Source: Thermodesulfobacteriota bacterium (GTDB lineage Bacteria; Desulfobacterota_D; UBA1144; Nemesobacterales; UBA2774). From it: a stretch of DNA of 64,000 nt. The notes under the pieces are model-generated. The model was given only the letters and a program-made list of their open reading frames with translations. It was not told where the DNA came from and searched no databases. The stretch covers positions 1,472,001 through 1,536,000 of the forward strand of contig OY729416.1 of assembly GCA_963422265.1 (NCBI GenBank), given 5' to 3'. Made by a program: the position numbers and the translations under genes. Position 1 is the first letter of the stretch, and every line of letters begins with the position of its first letter. Of the stretch, positions 38,772 through 49,745 are shown in pieces.

Positions 38772-39698
38772 TCAGTTTTTGGTGTACTTAATCCGTGGGT
38801 CAAGATATACGTATAGTATATCTACTATTAAGTTAGCTAAGACCAGTATCACCGTGTATATAAGAGTTATACCCATAACTAAAGGGTAATCTCTATTGGA
38901 TACGGCAAGTATGAAAAACTTTCCCATTCCGGGTATTGCGAAAATGTGCTCGACGACGAATGATCCGGTAACTAGGTAGGCGGCAATGGGTCCCAGTACC
39001 GTAACAACCGGTATTAGGGCGTTTCTCAAAATATGTCTTATCGTGACTGTGAAATTGCTAAGCCCTTTTGCGCGAGCGGTTCTTATGAAAACGGCTCGCG
39101 ACGTCTCTAACATGCTCGCCCTTGTGAGACGCGCCAGATAAGCACCCGGTCCCGCAGCCAGGGTAATGGCGGGAAGGATTACGTGACTCGGTTCTCCCCA
39201 AAGCGCCGCCGGTAGCCACCTGAGCTTCACGGAAAACAGATAGATCAATGCCGCCCCAATGACGAAACTCGGGATGGATACCAAAGCAGTTGCCATAGAC
39301 ACGGATATAAAATCGAATAATCCACCTGGCTTCGTTGCTGATGCTACCCCAATTGAGCTTCCAATCACTATTGAAAGCAATAGTGCTATGATTCCTAACT
39401 CAAGCGATATTGGCAGGGTTCCCTTAATTATCTCATTTACCGATCTGTCCACGTATTTATACGAGGGCCCGAAATCTCCTTTGGCTAATCTCCCAACGTA
39501 TATCAAATACTGCTTCAATAGGGGTGCGTTTAAGTTGTATTTATCTTCAATGTTTTTCTGGATTTGAGGTGGAAGTTTCTTTTCTTCGTCGAATGGACCG
39601 CCGGGCAAAGTTCTTAGTAGAAAGAACGTGATAGTTGCAACTGCGAAAACTACGAAAATCCCGGTTACGGCGCGGCTGAGTATGAACTTAAAAACCAA
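38772..39698 (-). CDS. oppB: Oligopeptide ABC transporter permease OppB
   Basis: 'LPGGPF', 'TARAKGL', 'NRDYPLVMG'. Confidence 0.9.
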   Translation of the reverse strand: MVFKFILSRAVTGIFVVFAVATITFFLLRTLPGGPFDEEKKLPPQIQKNIEDKYNLNAPLLKQYLIYVGRLAKGDFGPSYKYVDRSVNEIIKGTLPISLELGIIALLLSIVIGSSIGVASATKPGGLFDFISVSMATALVSIPSFVIGAALIYLFSVKLRWLPAALWGEPSHVILPAITLAAGPGAYLARLTRASMLETSRAVFIRTARAKGLSNFTVTIRHILRNALIPVVTVLGPIAAYLVTGSFVVEHIFAIPGMGKFFILAVSNRDYPLVMGITLIYTVILVLANLIVDILYVYLDPRIKYTKN

Positions 39699-39821
39699 GC
39701 TGTTTACCCTTGATAAACCAAGTAGCGTTCAGACAAAACAATCTGGACTAGCTTTGTTTCAGTATGCCCTGTTTTGTGACGTCCTATAGACGCCATCCGC
39801 TCGCTTACCTGCAAGACGTTG

Positions 39822-42731
39822 TCAACCCTCTTTTCTAACGATAAAGCTCCGTCTTGACCGAAGGCTCTTTGAGTCTTTGGCTAAAACTGTTATCAGGTTT
39901 ACCCTGTCCTCAAGCTCCAATTCCACAGATAACGGAACTTCCATATCCGACGTGGGAAGCATCGCCACTTTATCATCTCCCACAAACACCCAGATCAGCT
40001 CTACTCCATCAGTGTCTCTAACCACCCCGTTTAGTTGTAATGTTGGAGATTGCGTTGACGTCGGAAGATTTTGAATGCTGATAACAGGGGGAGCTTCAAA
40101 TTGTTCTTTATAGAGAGGTGTTCCGCCGACAAGTTCTGAGTTTATGGTCTTGCGCTCTTCTATCCAACCTGCTGAATTTTCGCCTATCCTTACCTTTACC
40201 CAGTTCTCGCTTCTGCCTAGAGTATTGAATACGGAGCCTTTTTTGGCAATTCCTACTAAGGGAGCTTCAGCATAGCCACCACCCCTGATAGACGCGTTAT
40301 AGCTCGCGACTGCGACGTATGAATCCTCTTTTTCGTATCCAGGGTTGATTTTGTTAGAGGGAATTCGAAGTTTGCTAACAATCCCCTCTCTCAACGCTTC
40401 ATCGGTAATTTGGAGCTTCATATCGATTGAGGTTGCGGACTTTCTAACCTTAAAGGCCAGCTGGGCTTCCCTTATTGCCTGGGAATTGAGACTCTCAACC
40501 TCATCCCTCCCCTTTTCAAGGAAGATAGCATCCCCTGAATCGTTTTTCAGGGTTAAAGTCGCCTTTTCAGACGACCCCTCGCCGATATTTTTTACCTTGA
40601 CCAAAAGGACTATTGTCTCGTCAGGATCAGCAACGCCGTTGCCATTCCCAATTGATCCATGCCTGCCATCGTCAACTATTTCATAATTAAAGGCGTATAG
40701 TGGTCTTGGTAGGCTGAGAATTTGGGCGTTGAATTGAAAATCTTTTATCTTGGAGTCGTTTCCATCTTGAAATTCAAGCGTTATTTCATCCCTTCTTGTA
40801 AGAACCCACTTGGGTATATCAAACTTTACGTTCCATGATCTCTTCTGTCCTGGATCTAACTTGCCAAAAACGAGCTCTTTCCCTGTAAATATAGCGTTTT
40901 CAGAACTGGTTGTAGCAAGCAATCTGTAAATAGGCTCAGAACCTGAATTTTCTACTTCAACCTTAAGCTCAGTTACCTCTCCCGCCGTGCCTTCGGGCGC
41001 TTTGGGTATGACCTTTACGGAGAGAGGGGGAATTTTCGTGGACGTTTGCTCCAATGACCAATCCACTCCCAAGTCTCTCCATTTATCAATTGCTTTCCTT
41101 TCTTCGTCCTTTGATACTTTGCTAATCTCGCTTTGAATTTGACCGAGAGCATCCTTTCTAGAGGTTCCCGATGAGGAAAGGAGTATCCTTTTCGCTAGTA
41201 AGACGTAAAAATCCGTTTCAAGCCCCCCTTTCCTCTTTTCACGGCTTAGAGCTTCCTCGGGTACTGACTCCTTTTCATCATCTGTTTTCTCTTCCTCAAG
41301 GTATCTAATGGAATAGGCGGGTTTCTCAGTCTCGGGTCTTCTCTCGCCCGCTTTGTCCTTTTGCTCGTAAAAATAATCGCCGGAGCTGGAGTTAAATAAT
41401 ATTAATTCTTCCGAAATTATTGAGGGATTCAATACCACATCGGGCGTGACTCCCACGTCTTGTATCGAACCGTCACCAGGGGTTAGATATTGTGCCACTG
41501 TGAGCTTCAGAGCAGAGCCATCGTCTAAGAGGAATATTTGCTGCACTGAGCCCTTGCCAAAGGTTCTTTCTCCGACAATGATTGCCCTTTCGTTGTTCTT
41601 CAACGCGCCGGCGACTATTTCAGAGGCACTTGCACTGCCGGAATCTACAAGAACGACAACGCTGCCCTTGTATTCCGGATTCTTGTTCTTTGCCTTGTAA
41701 TCCGTGGAGGAGTCGCCGCTCTTCGTAGTTACTATTAATCCACTGGACAAGAAAAAATCTGACACCTTCTCTGCCTGATTGAGCAAACCTCCAGGATTGC
41801 CTCTTAAATCGAGTATCATCCCTTTAGAGGCTCTTGAGTCGTCGTTTAGATCCTCGATAACGGTCTTGAGCGTGTTTTTCTGAAAATCCCTGATTCTTAC
41901 GTAGTGGATACCATTATCAAGCTTAAAAACCTCTACGCCCTCAATTCTAATAGTATCTCTCACGATCTTAAATTCTTTCGGCTTACTAAAGCCCTTTCTA
42001 TTCACGCTGATCGTAACTGGCGTCCCTTTACTCCCCCTTAGCTTGCTTACGGCTTCGAGAAAAGGCATATTAACCGTTGACTCGTTTTCGATCTGCACAA
42101 TTTTATCATTAGGCTTTATACCGGCAAGGTCAGCGGGCGTGCCCTCAATGGGCGATATCACTGTTAGTTCCCCGTCCCTGATTGCTATAACGATTCCTAA
42201 GCCCCCGAAGCTGCCCTCCGTTTCGATCATAAACTCCTTATAGACTCGTGGGGTTATAATTCCTGAGTGGTCATCAAGCATTTTAAGCATTCTGTTGAGC
42301 ACTTCGTATTCTACGTCTATTATCTTGGGATCATCCGTAGATAAGTGAGGCGCTACGGAATTGAATGATTTCTGAAGAACCTTCAGGACGTCGCTTAGGC
42401 TTTCTATTCTATTCATATCAAAGCTTAATTTTTCATCGGCTATCTGAACGTAAAATTTGGAGCTGTCTTCTCCCTTGGGGAAATCTACTAGAACCCGATC
42501 AACAACCTGTTCCATCCTGCTCAACCCACTAATCAGCATCTTTTTAGGCTCGATGGACTGTTGATCGACGTAATGTTCCTTCACTTTCTTCATAACGGCG
42601 TCGGTAACGCTTAGCGAATGAGCCTTTAGCTCGCTATTGGTTTTGAAGCTAGAAGAAAATAAGATACAGGCTAAAGATAGGGCGATCGTCGGTAATACGA
42701 GTTTGTTCGTTAAAAGTGAAGAACGAGCCAA
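39822..42731 (-). CDS. Long S41 C-terminal processing peptidase (PDZ, Ig-like and SH3-like extensions; MXAN_5808-like)
   Basis: 'GSFGGLGI' PDZ, 'DLRGNPGG', 'SASASEIVAGAL', 'TFGKGSVQ'; about 500-aa C-terminal extension. Confidence 0.85.
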   Translation of the reverse strand: MARSSLLTNKLVLPTIALSLACILFSSSFKTNSELKAHSLSVTDAVMKKVKEHYVDQQSIEPKKMLISGLSRMEQVVDRVLVDFPKGEDSSKFYVQIADEKLSFDMNRIESLSDVLKVLQKSFNSVAPHLSTDDPKIIDVEYEVLNRMLKMLDDHSGIITPRVYKEFMIETEGSFGGLGIVIAIRDGELTVISPIEGTPADLAGIKPNDKIVQIENESTVNMPFLEAVSKLRGSKGTPVTISVNRKGFSKPKEFKIVRDTIRIEGVEVFKLDNGIHYVRIRDFQKNTLKTVIEDLNDDSRASKGMILDLRGNPGGLLNQAEKVSDFFLSSGLIVTTKSGDSSTDYKAKNKNPEYKGSVVVLVDSGSASASEIVAGALKNNERAIIVGERTFGKGSVQQIFLLDDGSALKLTVAQYLTPGDGSIQDVGVTPDVVLNPSIISEELILFNSSSGDYFYEQKDKAGERRPETEKPAYSIRYLEEEKTDDEKESVPEEALSREKRKGGLETDFYVLLAKRILLSSSGTSRKDALGQIQSEISKVSKDEERKAIDKWRDLGVDWSLEQTSTKIPPLSVKVIPKAPEGTAGEVTELKVEVENSGSEPIYRLLATTSSENAIFTGKELVFGKLDPGQKRSWNVKFDIPKWVLTRRDEITLEFQDGNDSKIKDFQFNAQILSLPRPLYAFNYEIVDDGRHGSIGNGNGVADPDETIVLLVKVKNIGEGSSEKATLTLKNDSGDAIFLEKGRDEVESLNSQAIREAQLAFKVRKSATSIDMKLQITDEALREGIVSKLRIPSNKINPGYEKEDSYVAVASYNASIRGGGYAEAPLVGIAKKGSVFNTLGRSENWVKVRIGENSAGWIEERKTINSELVGGTPLYKEQFEAPPVISIQNLPTSTQSPTLQLNGVVRDTDGVELIWVFVGDDKVAMLPTSDMEVPLSVELELEDRVNLITVLAKDSKSLRSRRSFIVRKEG

Positions 42732-43087
42732 AATACTTTCTCCCTACTTAAATAAGATAACTGTCAAACTATAACGACTCATCTCTTAACCTATACGCGT
42801 GTGTATATTATGAGCCTCTGTAGTTAATGAGCTAGTTGTCCGACGATTTATAAATATCGGGTTAGTATTCTAACAGATAATTTCTTGTTTAAGTGTCTAA
42901 TGCTTAACTCTTAGTGAGAAACTATATTAGCTATGACGCCATAATTGGGCTTGAGTATAAACAATTAAGTCTTCACACTTAGTTAAGCTCTTGAATTATT
43001 TGCAATATATTTTACAATACCCTGTTTTGCTTTGTCGTCCGAATATATTGGACTATAAACGCTTAGAAATGTCAATCATAAGCACCT

Positions 43088-44029
43088 ATGGATAATACAA
43101 AGATATTCTCCGGAACTTCAAATATACCTTTGGCTAATGCCATCTGTAGGTATCTCGACGTTCCCCTTGGAAAAGCAGAAATCCGACGATTCAGTGATGG
43201 AGAGGTCTCTACTGAAATTGCAGAGAGCGTTAGGGGTTCGCATATATTTGTAATACAATCCACGTGTCCTCCGACGAATGAACACATAATGGAGCTTCTT
43301 ATTCTTACTGACGCTCTAAAAAGGGCATCAGCTAGGGCAGTCACGGCAGTCATTCCATATTACGGCTATGCAAGGCAAGATAGAAAGGTTCAACCTAGAG
43401 CGCCTATATCCGCAAAATTGATAGCCGATCTTATAACCACCGTCGGCATAAGCCGCGTTGTTACCGTGGATCTCCACGCGGGACAGATTCAGGGATTTTT
43501 CAATATTCCCGTAGATCACGTATATGCCACACCTATTTTTATCAACTACATTAAGGAAAAACCAAGCAGAGACGGAATCATCATCGTATCCCCTGACGCA
43601 GGCGGAATGGAAAGAGCAAGGTCTTACGCAAAAACCCTCGACTCAGGGCTTGCTATGACTGACAAAAGGCGTCCAAACCCTAATCAATCTGAAATCATGA
43701 ACGTTATAGGAGAAGTGGAGGGTAAGGACGTTATCATAGTTGACGATTTGGTCGATACGGCAGGAACGGCGATACAAGCGGGGAGCGCTCTTATGAGAGA
43801 GGGGGCGAAAAGCGTTAGCCTTTGCTGCACGCACGGCGTCCTCTCAGGAAACGCTATTGACAGAATAAAGGACTCATTACTTGAAGAAGTCATAATAACC
43901 GATACAATTCCACCCTCAGAACAATACGCAGATTTTCCCCAAATCAAAGTCCTCAGCATCGCCGACCTCCTAGGTGAGGCAATAAAGAGAATAACAACGG
44001 GAGAATCTATAAGCAGTCTGTTTAGCTGA
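43088..44029 (+). CDS. prs: Ribose-phosphate pyrophosphokinase
   Basis: 'FSDGE', 'PYYGYARQDRK', 'VSPDAGG', 'VDDLVDTAGT'. Confidence 0.98.
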   Translation: MDNTKIFSGTSNIPLANAICRYLDVPLGKAEIRRFSDGEVSTEIAESVRGSHIFVIQSTCPPTNEHIMELLILTDALKRASARAVTAVIPYYGYARQDRKVQPRAPISAKLIADLITTVGISRVVTVDLHAGQIQGFFNIPVDHVYATPIFINYIKEKPSRDGIIIVSPDAGGMERARSYAKTLDSGLAMTDKRRPNPNQSEIMNVIGEVEGKDVIIVDDLVDTAGTAIQAGSALMREGAKSVSLCCTHGVLSGNAIDRIKDSLLEEVIITDTIPPSEQYADFPQIKVLSIADLLGEAIKRITTGESISSLFS

Positions 44030-44091
44030 GTATATTAATTGCTTGAAAGGAGTTAGAGATTAGGGAATTAGAGATTGGAAGGAGTTAGAGA

Positions 44092-44736
44092 ATGGCACAG
44101 AATACGTTAAAGGCATTAAAAAGGAGGAGAATGGGAAAAGGTGGCGCTAGAGAGATAAGAAGGGAGGGCAATGTGCCCGCAATTCTTTATGGAAAAGATA
44201 CCGATCCCATATCCTTGGTAATTAACCCTTCGGAATTGAAGCAGGCGCTTTCAACGGAAGCAGGTGAAAATACGTTACTAGAAATGAACGTCGAGGGAGA
44301 TGGAGAAAATATTAAGAAGTTGTCGCTCCTACGTGAGATTCAATACGATTTTCTTACGAGTAAGCCCATTCATTTTGATTTTCTAGCCCTTGACGTAAAC
44401 AAGAAGATTACGGTTAGTGTCCCGGTTGATATAAAGGGAAGAGCCAAAGGGGTGAGGGAAGGTGGTATTCTTGAGGAAATTCATCGGGAAATAGCGGTTC
44501 AATGCTTGCCTGCGGACATACCTAACTCGTTTGCAATAGATATAACCAACTTAGATGTGGGTCAATCAATACACGTAGGAACGCTCGAAGTTCCAGAGGG
44601 CGTGAGTGTCCTAAGTAACGAGCAGGATACCATTGTAGTAATACATTCACCTAAGGTAGAGGAAGCAGAGGAAGGCGAAGAAGCAGCGGAGCCTACGGAA
44701 TCCACGGAGCAACAAAGCAGTGACGAGAGTAGTTAA
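44092..44736 (+). CDS. rplY: 50S ribosomal protein L25/Ctc
   Basis: 'GKGGAREIRREGNVPAILYG', 'HFDF', acidic tail. Confidence 0.96.
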   Translation: MAQNTLKALKRRRMGKGGAREIRREGNVPAILYGKDTDPISLVINPSELKQALSTEAGENTLLEMNVEGDGENIKKLSLLREIQYDFLTSKPIHFDFLALDVNKKITVSVPVDIKGRAKGVREGGILEEIHREIAVQCLPADIPNSFAIDITNLDVGQSIHVGTLEVPEGVSVLSNEQDTIVVIHSPKVEEAEEGEEAAEPTESTEQQSSDESS

Positions 44737-44751
44737 GAAGAATTATTTGAA

Positions 44752-45339
44752 ATGACATTAGTAGTGGGTCTGGGAAATCCTGGGAGAGAATACGCTCAAA
44801 CAAAGCATAATGTCGGTTTTCTTACAGTGGATGAGTTGGGTAAAAGGGTTGAAATAGAGCTAAGCAAGAAAAAGTTTAGGGGTAGTTACGGAGAAGGTTT
44901 TTGGACAAATGAGAGGTTGTTGCTTCTTAAGCCCGATACTTACATGAACAGGAGCGGCGAGGCTGTTTTAGGCGTTCAGCGATTCTACAACATTCCAGAT
45001 GAAAATATAATAGTGGCACATGATGAAATGGACTTGCAAGTAGGCGCGATTAAGATAAGGCGTGGTGGTGGAAGTGCTGGTCATAACGGCGTCAAGTCTA
45101 TAATCTCGGGACTGGGAACCCAGAATTTCGTAAGGGTTAGGTTGGGCATAGGCAAGCCCGCGTCAAGGTCAGAAGGACCCAACCACGTTTTATCAAAATT
45201 CGGCAAGCGCGAATGGGAAATCATGGAGGGGACTATCAAAATCGCAGCGGACGCAGTTTTAGAAATTATAAAAGAGGGCTTGGAAAATGCTATGAATAAG
45301 TTCAATACCAAGTCTAGAAATCAAGAATTAACTATATAA
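44752..45339 (+). CDS. pth: Peptidyl-tRNA hydrolase
   Basis: 'VGLGNPG', 'HNVGF', 'GHNGVKS'. Confidence 0.97.
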   Translation: MTLVVGLGNPGREYAQTKHNVGFLTVDELGKRVEIELSKKKFRGSYGEGFWTNERLLLLKPDTYMNRSGEAVLGVQRFYNIPDENIIVAHDEMDLQVGAIKIRRGGGSAGHNGVKSIISGLGTQNFVRVRLGIGKPASRSEGPNHVLSKFGKREWEIMEGTIKIAADAVLEIIKEGLENAMNKFNTKSRNQELTI

Positions 45340-45368
45340 TTTCTCATTAGCTTAAAGGAGGCAAGGAA

Positions 45369-47411
45369 ATGGGAGAAGTAATGGCCGCATTATGCGGAAT
45401 TGTCTTAAGCGTAATCGTTTTAGGTTACGCCTACACTGTATATAACAAGATAAAATCACTACCAGTAGGTGACGAGAAGATGAGAGAAATCTCCTCGTCG
45501 ATAGAAGAAGGGGCAATGGTATTCCTGAATAGAGAATACAGAATAATCGGTATTTTCGTCGCGGCTGTCTTTCTTCTCTTGGGACTGTTCATAGGGTGGC
45601 TGACCGCAATAGCTTACATAGGAGGTGCCGTTTGCTCAGTGCTGGCAGGGTTCTTTGGAATGAAAGCAGCGACGAAAGCGAACGTGAGAACCGCTCAGGC
45701 TGCGGCGACTGGGGGGCAGGGTGAGGCTCTGGTGGTAGCGTTCCGGGGTGGAAACGTAATGGGTCTTTCAGTTGCGGGGCTGGGGCTGCTCGGGTTATCA
45801 ATAGCGTTTGCATTTGGCATATGGCTCCCAGAAAACCCTGGAGATGCAAGCGGTTTAGCAGCCTTCGCACAAAGATTCTGCGAGTCGATAGGCGGATTCG
45901 CCATGGGCGCGAGCTCGGTTGCTCTTTTTGCCAGGATAGGTGGAGGGATATATACCAAAGGGGCTGACGTAGGGGCTGATTTGGTTGGAAAGGTTGAAGC
46001 TGGCATCCCAGAAGACGACCCTCGGAACCCCGCGACTATTGCTGATAACGTCGGGGATAACGTCGGAGACGTCGCTGGAATGGGAGCTGATCTTTTTGAA
46101 TCTTACGTCGGTGCCGTAATAGCGACTATGGTAATAGCGGCTGGTCAAGGCTCTAATGAAATTGCATTAATGTCTATACCTATAATCTTGATAGCGATAG
46201 GGAGTTTCTCATCAATTATAGGAGCTAAAAGCGTTGATTGGATGAAAAATCTTGATCCTCAGCTCGTATTAAGACGCTCCACTTTCTACGCAGGGGGGAT
46301 ATACTTAGCATTATCCCTAATCGTTCTTCTTATCGTGGGTCTTGCAGATGGAATAGGTGGCCAGACAATATGGATATGGCTATCTGCTGTTCTCGGCTTG
46401 CTTGCTGGAATAGCGATTGGGCTTTTAACCGAGTATTATACTTCTAGTTCACCCGTTAGAAAAATTGCAGAAGCTTCTCAGACCGGTGTTGCGACTAACA
46501 TCATTGAAGGGCTATCAGTCGGTATGATAAGTACCGTCGCACCCGTTGTTACAATTGTTATAGCTATCGGTCTTGCCTACAACTTTGCGGGCTTATATGG
46601 AATAGGAATCGCAGCGGTAAGCATGCTCGCTACAATAGGAATAACGATGTCAGTGGATGCTTACGGACCCGTTGCTGATAACGCCGGTGGTATTACGGAG
46701 ATGTCCGAGCTTGGCGACGACGTAAGGAAAATCACGGATAGACTCGATTCTCTTGGTAACACGACCGCTGCGATAGGAAAAGGATTTGCAATTGGTTCCG
46801 CGGCGCTTGCGGCGCTTGCGCTGTTTGCCGCATACACTAAGGCAGTCGGGCTCGAATCTATTGATATTACGCAAAGTAACGTTGTGACCGGAATGCTCTT
46901 GGGAGGAACGTTGCCATTCTTGCTCGGCGCACTGACCATGGGGGCTGTAGGAAGAACTGCCCAAAAAATGGTAGAAGAGGTGAGGAGACAGTTCCGAGAT
47001 ATAGCCGGTCTTCTCGACGGAGACGCTAAGCCTGATTATGCTAGGTGCGTTGGGATAAGCACTGACGCTGCGCTAAGAGAAATGGTTATTCCTGGAATCA
47101 TAGCAGTAGTTGCGCCTCTAGTAATAGGTTTAATTCTCGGGGCTGAAGGTCTTGGAGGCTTTCTCGCCGGTGCTATAGTCTCTGGCGTCATGCTAGCGCT
47201 TATGATGGCGAACTCTGGTGGAGCATGGGATAATGCCAAGAAATATATTGAGGAGGGAAACCTCGGTGGCAAGGGCTCTGAGGCTCATAAAGCCGCAGTT
47301 GTAGGAGACACGATTGGTGATCCTTTTAAGGATACTTCAGGTCCTTCAATGAATATTCTTATCAAGCTAATGTCAATTGTTTCTCTGGTGGTTGCACCGC
47401 TATTGATATGA
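45369..47411 (+). CDS. hppA: Membrane pyrophosphatase, K+-dependent type (probably Na+-translocating)
   Basis: '[11 protein letters not shown]', 'DNVGDNVGD', 'GNTTAA' (Ala = K+-dependent), '[10 protein letters not shown]'. Confidence 0.93.
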   Translation: MGEVMAALCGIVLSVIVLGYAYTVYNKIKSLPVGDEKMREISSSIEEGAMVFLNREYRIIGIFVAAVFLLLGLFIGWLTAIAYIGGAVCSVLAGFFGMKAATKANVRTAQAAATGGQGEALVVAFRGGNVMGLSVAGLGLLGLSIAFAFGIWLPENPGDASGLAAFAQRFCESIGGFAMGASSVALFARIGGGIYTKGADVGADLVGKVEAGIPEDDPRNPATIADNVGDNVGDVAGMGADLFESYVGAVIATMVIAAGQGSNEIALMSIPIILIAIGSFSSIIGAKSVDWMKNLDPQLVLRRSTFYAGGIYLALSLIVLLIVGLADGIGGQTIWIWLSAVLGLLAGIAIGLLTEYYTSSSPVRKIAEASQTGVATNIIEGLSVGMISTVAPVVTIVIAIGLAYNFAGLYGIGIAAVSMLATIGITMSVDAYGPVADNAGGITEMSELGDDVRKITDRLDSLGNTTAAIGKGFAIGSAALAALALFAAYTKAVGLESIDITQSNVVTGMLLGGTLPFLLGALTMGAVGRTAQKMVEEVRRQFRDIAGLLDGDAKPDYARCVGISTDAALREMVIPGIIAVVAPLVIGLILGAEGLGGFLAGAIVSGVMLALMMANSGGAWDNAKKYIEEGNLGGKGSEAHKAAVVGDTIGDPFKDTSGPSMNILIKLMSIVSLVVAPLLI

Positions 47412-47595
47412 TATAAGAGCGCTGTGTGCACGCAATGTTGCTTAACTCAACGTGCTCATCGCGCACCTAATTAACAACTTGTAGGGAGATATCTCGGGTA
47501 GAATTGTAGGCGTTATAAAAAGTTTCTGTTACTCTGATTGAGCTTATAGTAAAATCTGCTGAAATCAGGGTCAAGACCAAAACGGGGGTACTACG

Positions 47596-48024
47596 ATGGC
47601 AGTGAAATCAAATTATTACGAAACTCTTTACTTGGTAAGGCCTGATCTTGGGGAGGAGGATATAAGTAAAATCCAACAAAAGCTCGACGACTCGCTCGCT
47701 GCCCATGAAGCGGAGATTATTAGATCCGATAAATGGTCTGAAAGGAGTCTCGCGTATGAAGTACAAGATCATGCAAAGGGTGTTTACTATATAATAATCT
47801 ATAAGGCGCTTCCGGGGGTTGTAGCCGCATTGGAGAGGCACCTGAAGTTCTATAACACGGACGTTCTTAGATTTATGACGGTTAAGATAAAAGAAGAAGT
47901 TGCAAATAGGGAGAAATTGTTGGAAGAGAACAAAAATCAGGAGCAGGCTTCTGAGTCAAAAGCCCAGGAAGCTAACCAGCAAAATAGCTTCCAAGCTCCG
48001 ATAGAAAAAGGAGAAGAGCAATAG
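47596..48024 (+). CDS. rpsF: 30S ribosomal protein S6
   Basis: '[11 protein letters not shown]', 'RSLAYEV', 'VLRF'. Confidence 0.93.
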   Translation: MAVKSNYYETLYLVRPDLGEEDISKIQQKLDDSLAAHEAEIIRSDKWSERSLAYEVQDHAKGVYYIIIYKALPGVVAALERHLKFYNTDVLRFMTVKIKEEVANREKLLEENKNQEQASESKAQEANQQNSFQAPIEKGEEQ

Positions 48025-48266
48025 TGGAACTGTACAGAAATAGAAAAAGGAGATACTTCACAAAAAGGAAAGTTTGCAGATTTTGCACAGAATCACTTGA
48101 GATCGACTATAAAAACGTGGATTTAATGTCCAAATTTATAACTGACAGAAAAAAGATTGTCCCAAGAAGAAATTCTGGGGTTTGCGCTTCATGTCAGAGG
48201 AAATTAGCAAGGGCTATAAAAAGAGCGCGATTCATGGCTCTTTTACCTTACACGGTATTGCATTAA
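48024..48266 (+). CDS. rpsR: 30S ribosomal protein S18 (Zn-ribbon form)
   Basis: 'KVCRFC', 'IDYKN', '[23 protein letters not shown]'. Confidence 0.97.
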   Translation: MELYRNRKRRYFTKRKVCRFCTESLEIDYKNVDLMSKFITDRKKIVPRRNSGVCASCQRKLARAIKRARFMALLPYTVLH

Positions 48267-48328
48267 GCATTAAGTTGCCAAAAAGGGATAGAAAAACGTA
48301 GTCTGACATTAGGGAGGCACTCAAAGTA

Positions 48329-48790
48329 ATGAAAGTAATATTTACTTCTGACTTAGGTTCAATAGGCAGGCAGGGAGAGGTTAAAGACGTGAAAAATGGG
48401 CTTGCGAGAAACCACCTGCTGCCTAAAAAGCTCGCTGTAAAGGCTACGCCTGGAAACCTAAAGATGTGGGAGCAAAAGAGCAAGTCTCTACAGAAGATAG
48501 AAGATAAAATTCATGCTGAGGCAGAAGCCCTCGCTTCAAAACTCGATGGCATATCAGTTCGCATACCCGTTAAGGTTGGAGGAGGAGGGAGGCTATTTGG
48601 ATCCGTAACGTCTCAAAGCATATCCGATTCACTAAAGATGCGTGGATTTGAAATATCAAGAAAAGATATAGACCTTAAAGACCCTATTAAAAACTTGGGG
48701 GACTACGACATAGTCATAAAGCTGCACCCTAAAGTCAGTCCCTTGATTAAAGTAGAAGTCGTGTCGGAAGAAGAGGAGCCTAAAGACTGA
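48329..48790 (+). CDS. rplI: 50S ribosomal protein L9
   Basis: 'VKNGLARNHLLP', 'LFGSVT', 'KLHP'. Confidence 0.96.
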   Translation: MKVIFTSDLGSIGRQGEVKDVKNGLARNHLLPKKLAVKATPGNLKMWEQKSKSLQKIEDKIHAEAEALASKLDGISVRIPVKVGGGGRLFGSVTSQSISDSLKMRGFEISRKDIDLKDPIKNLGDYDIVIKLHPKVSPLIKVEVVSEEEEPKD

Positions 48791-48882
48791 TAGCCTAGCT
48801 CTATTAGATCTATTTAATATAAGTTATAGAACATAGAAAAGTAAACAGATGTACGCGACTCATTTATGGAGGTAAGCGTTTA

Positions 48883-49686
48883 ATGGTTGAAATAAAAAGT
48901 AAGTTTGCGCCTATAGGGGAAAAAGAAGTCACAAAGGCAATTGTTCAGGGGTTTGCAAATGAGTTTGAAGAATACATATCAAGCGACGTGATAGTGGTAG
49001 GTGCTGGTCCGAGTGGTCTTGTGGCGGCGAAAGACATAGCAAAAAAGAAATACAAGGTGCTCTTGGTAGAAAGGATGAACTACCTCGGCGGCGGCTTCTG
49101 GATAGGCGGCTACCTTATGAATAAGGTTACAGTAAGGGATCCTGGGAATGAGGTGCTTGATGAAATAGAGGTTCCATACGAAGAAGTTGAAGAGGGACTC
49201 TACGTAGCGGATGGTCCTTTCGCGTGCTCAAAACTAATAGCTATGACATGTGAGGCAGGTGCTAAAATACGAAACATGACCATGTTTGATGACCTAGTTT
49301 ACAGGGAAAACGGCAGGGTAGCTGGGATCGTTATGAATTGGACGCCGGTTGCTAATATGCCAAAAGAAATTACGTGCCTCGACCCTATAGCGATTGAATC
49401 AAAGCTGGTAATAGACGCAACGGGTCATGACGCCTACTGCGTATCAAGGTTGTCGCAGCAGGGGCTGTACAAAAAGCTTCCCGGGCATGGGTCAATGTGG
49501 GTTGAAAAATCAGAGGAAGCACTCGTTGAATACACGGGGCTTGTTCACCCGGGCTTGATAGCCTGCGGAATGTCCGTTAATACCACTTATGGGCTTCCTA
49601 GGATGGGACCAACCTTTGGAGGAATGCTCCTTTCTGGGAAGAAAGCGGCTCAGGTAGCCGTTGATATTTTGGAAGAGACAAAATAA
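48883..49686 (+). CDS. thi4: Thi4 thiamine thiazole synthase (Cys-type)
   Basis: 'VGAGPSGL', 'TCLDP', 'DATGHD', '[14 protein letters not shown]'. Confidence 0.93.
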   Translation: MVEIKSKFAPIGEKEVTKAIVQGFANEFEEYISSDVIVVGAGPSGLVAAKDIAKKKYKVLLVERMNYLGGGFWIGGYLMNKVTVRDPGNEVLDEIEVPYEEVEEGLYVADGPFACSKLIAMTCEAGAKIRNMTMFDDLVYRENGRVAGIVMNWTPVANMPKEITCLDPIAIESKLVIDATGHDAYCVSRLSQQGLYKKLPGHGSMWVEKSEEALVEYTGLVHPGLIACGMSVNTTYGLPRMGPTFGGMLLSGKKAAQVAVDILEETK

Positions 49687-49745
49687 GATAGAATGTAAAG
49701 ATCCTTTTAGGAAAGATTGATTCTATGGGTTCTGTCCTCCGCTAA

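Noticed and set aside
44045-44091. Short ttagag(a) repeats before rplY
   Set aside because: Only 3-4 degenerate copies overlapping the RBS; no supportable structure or function.
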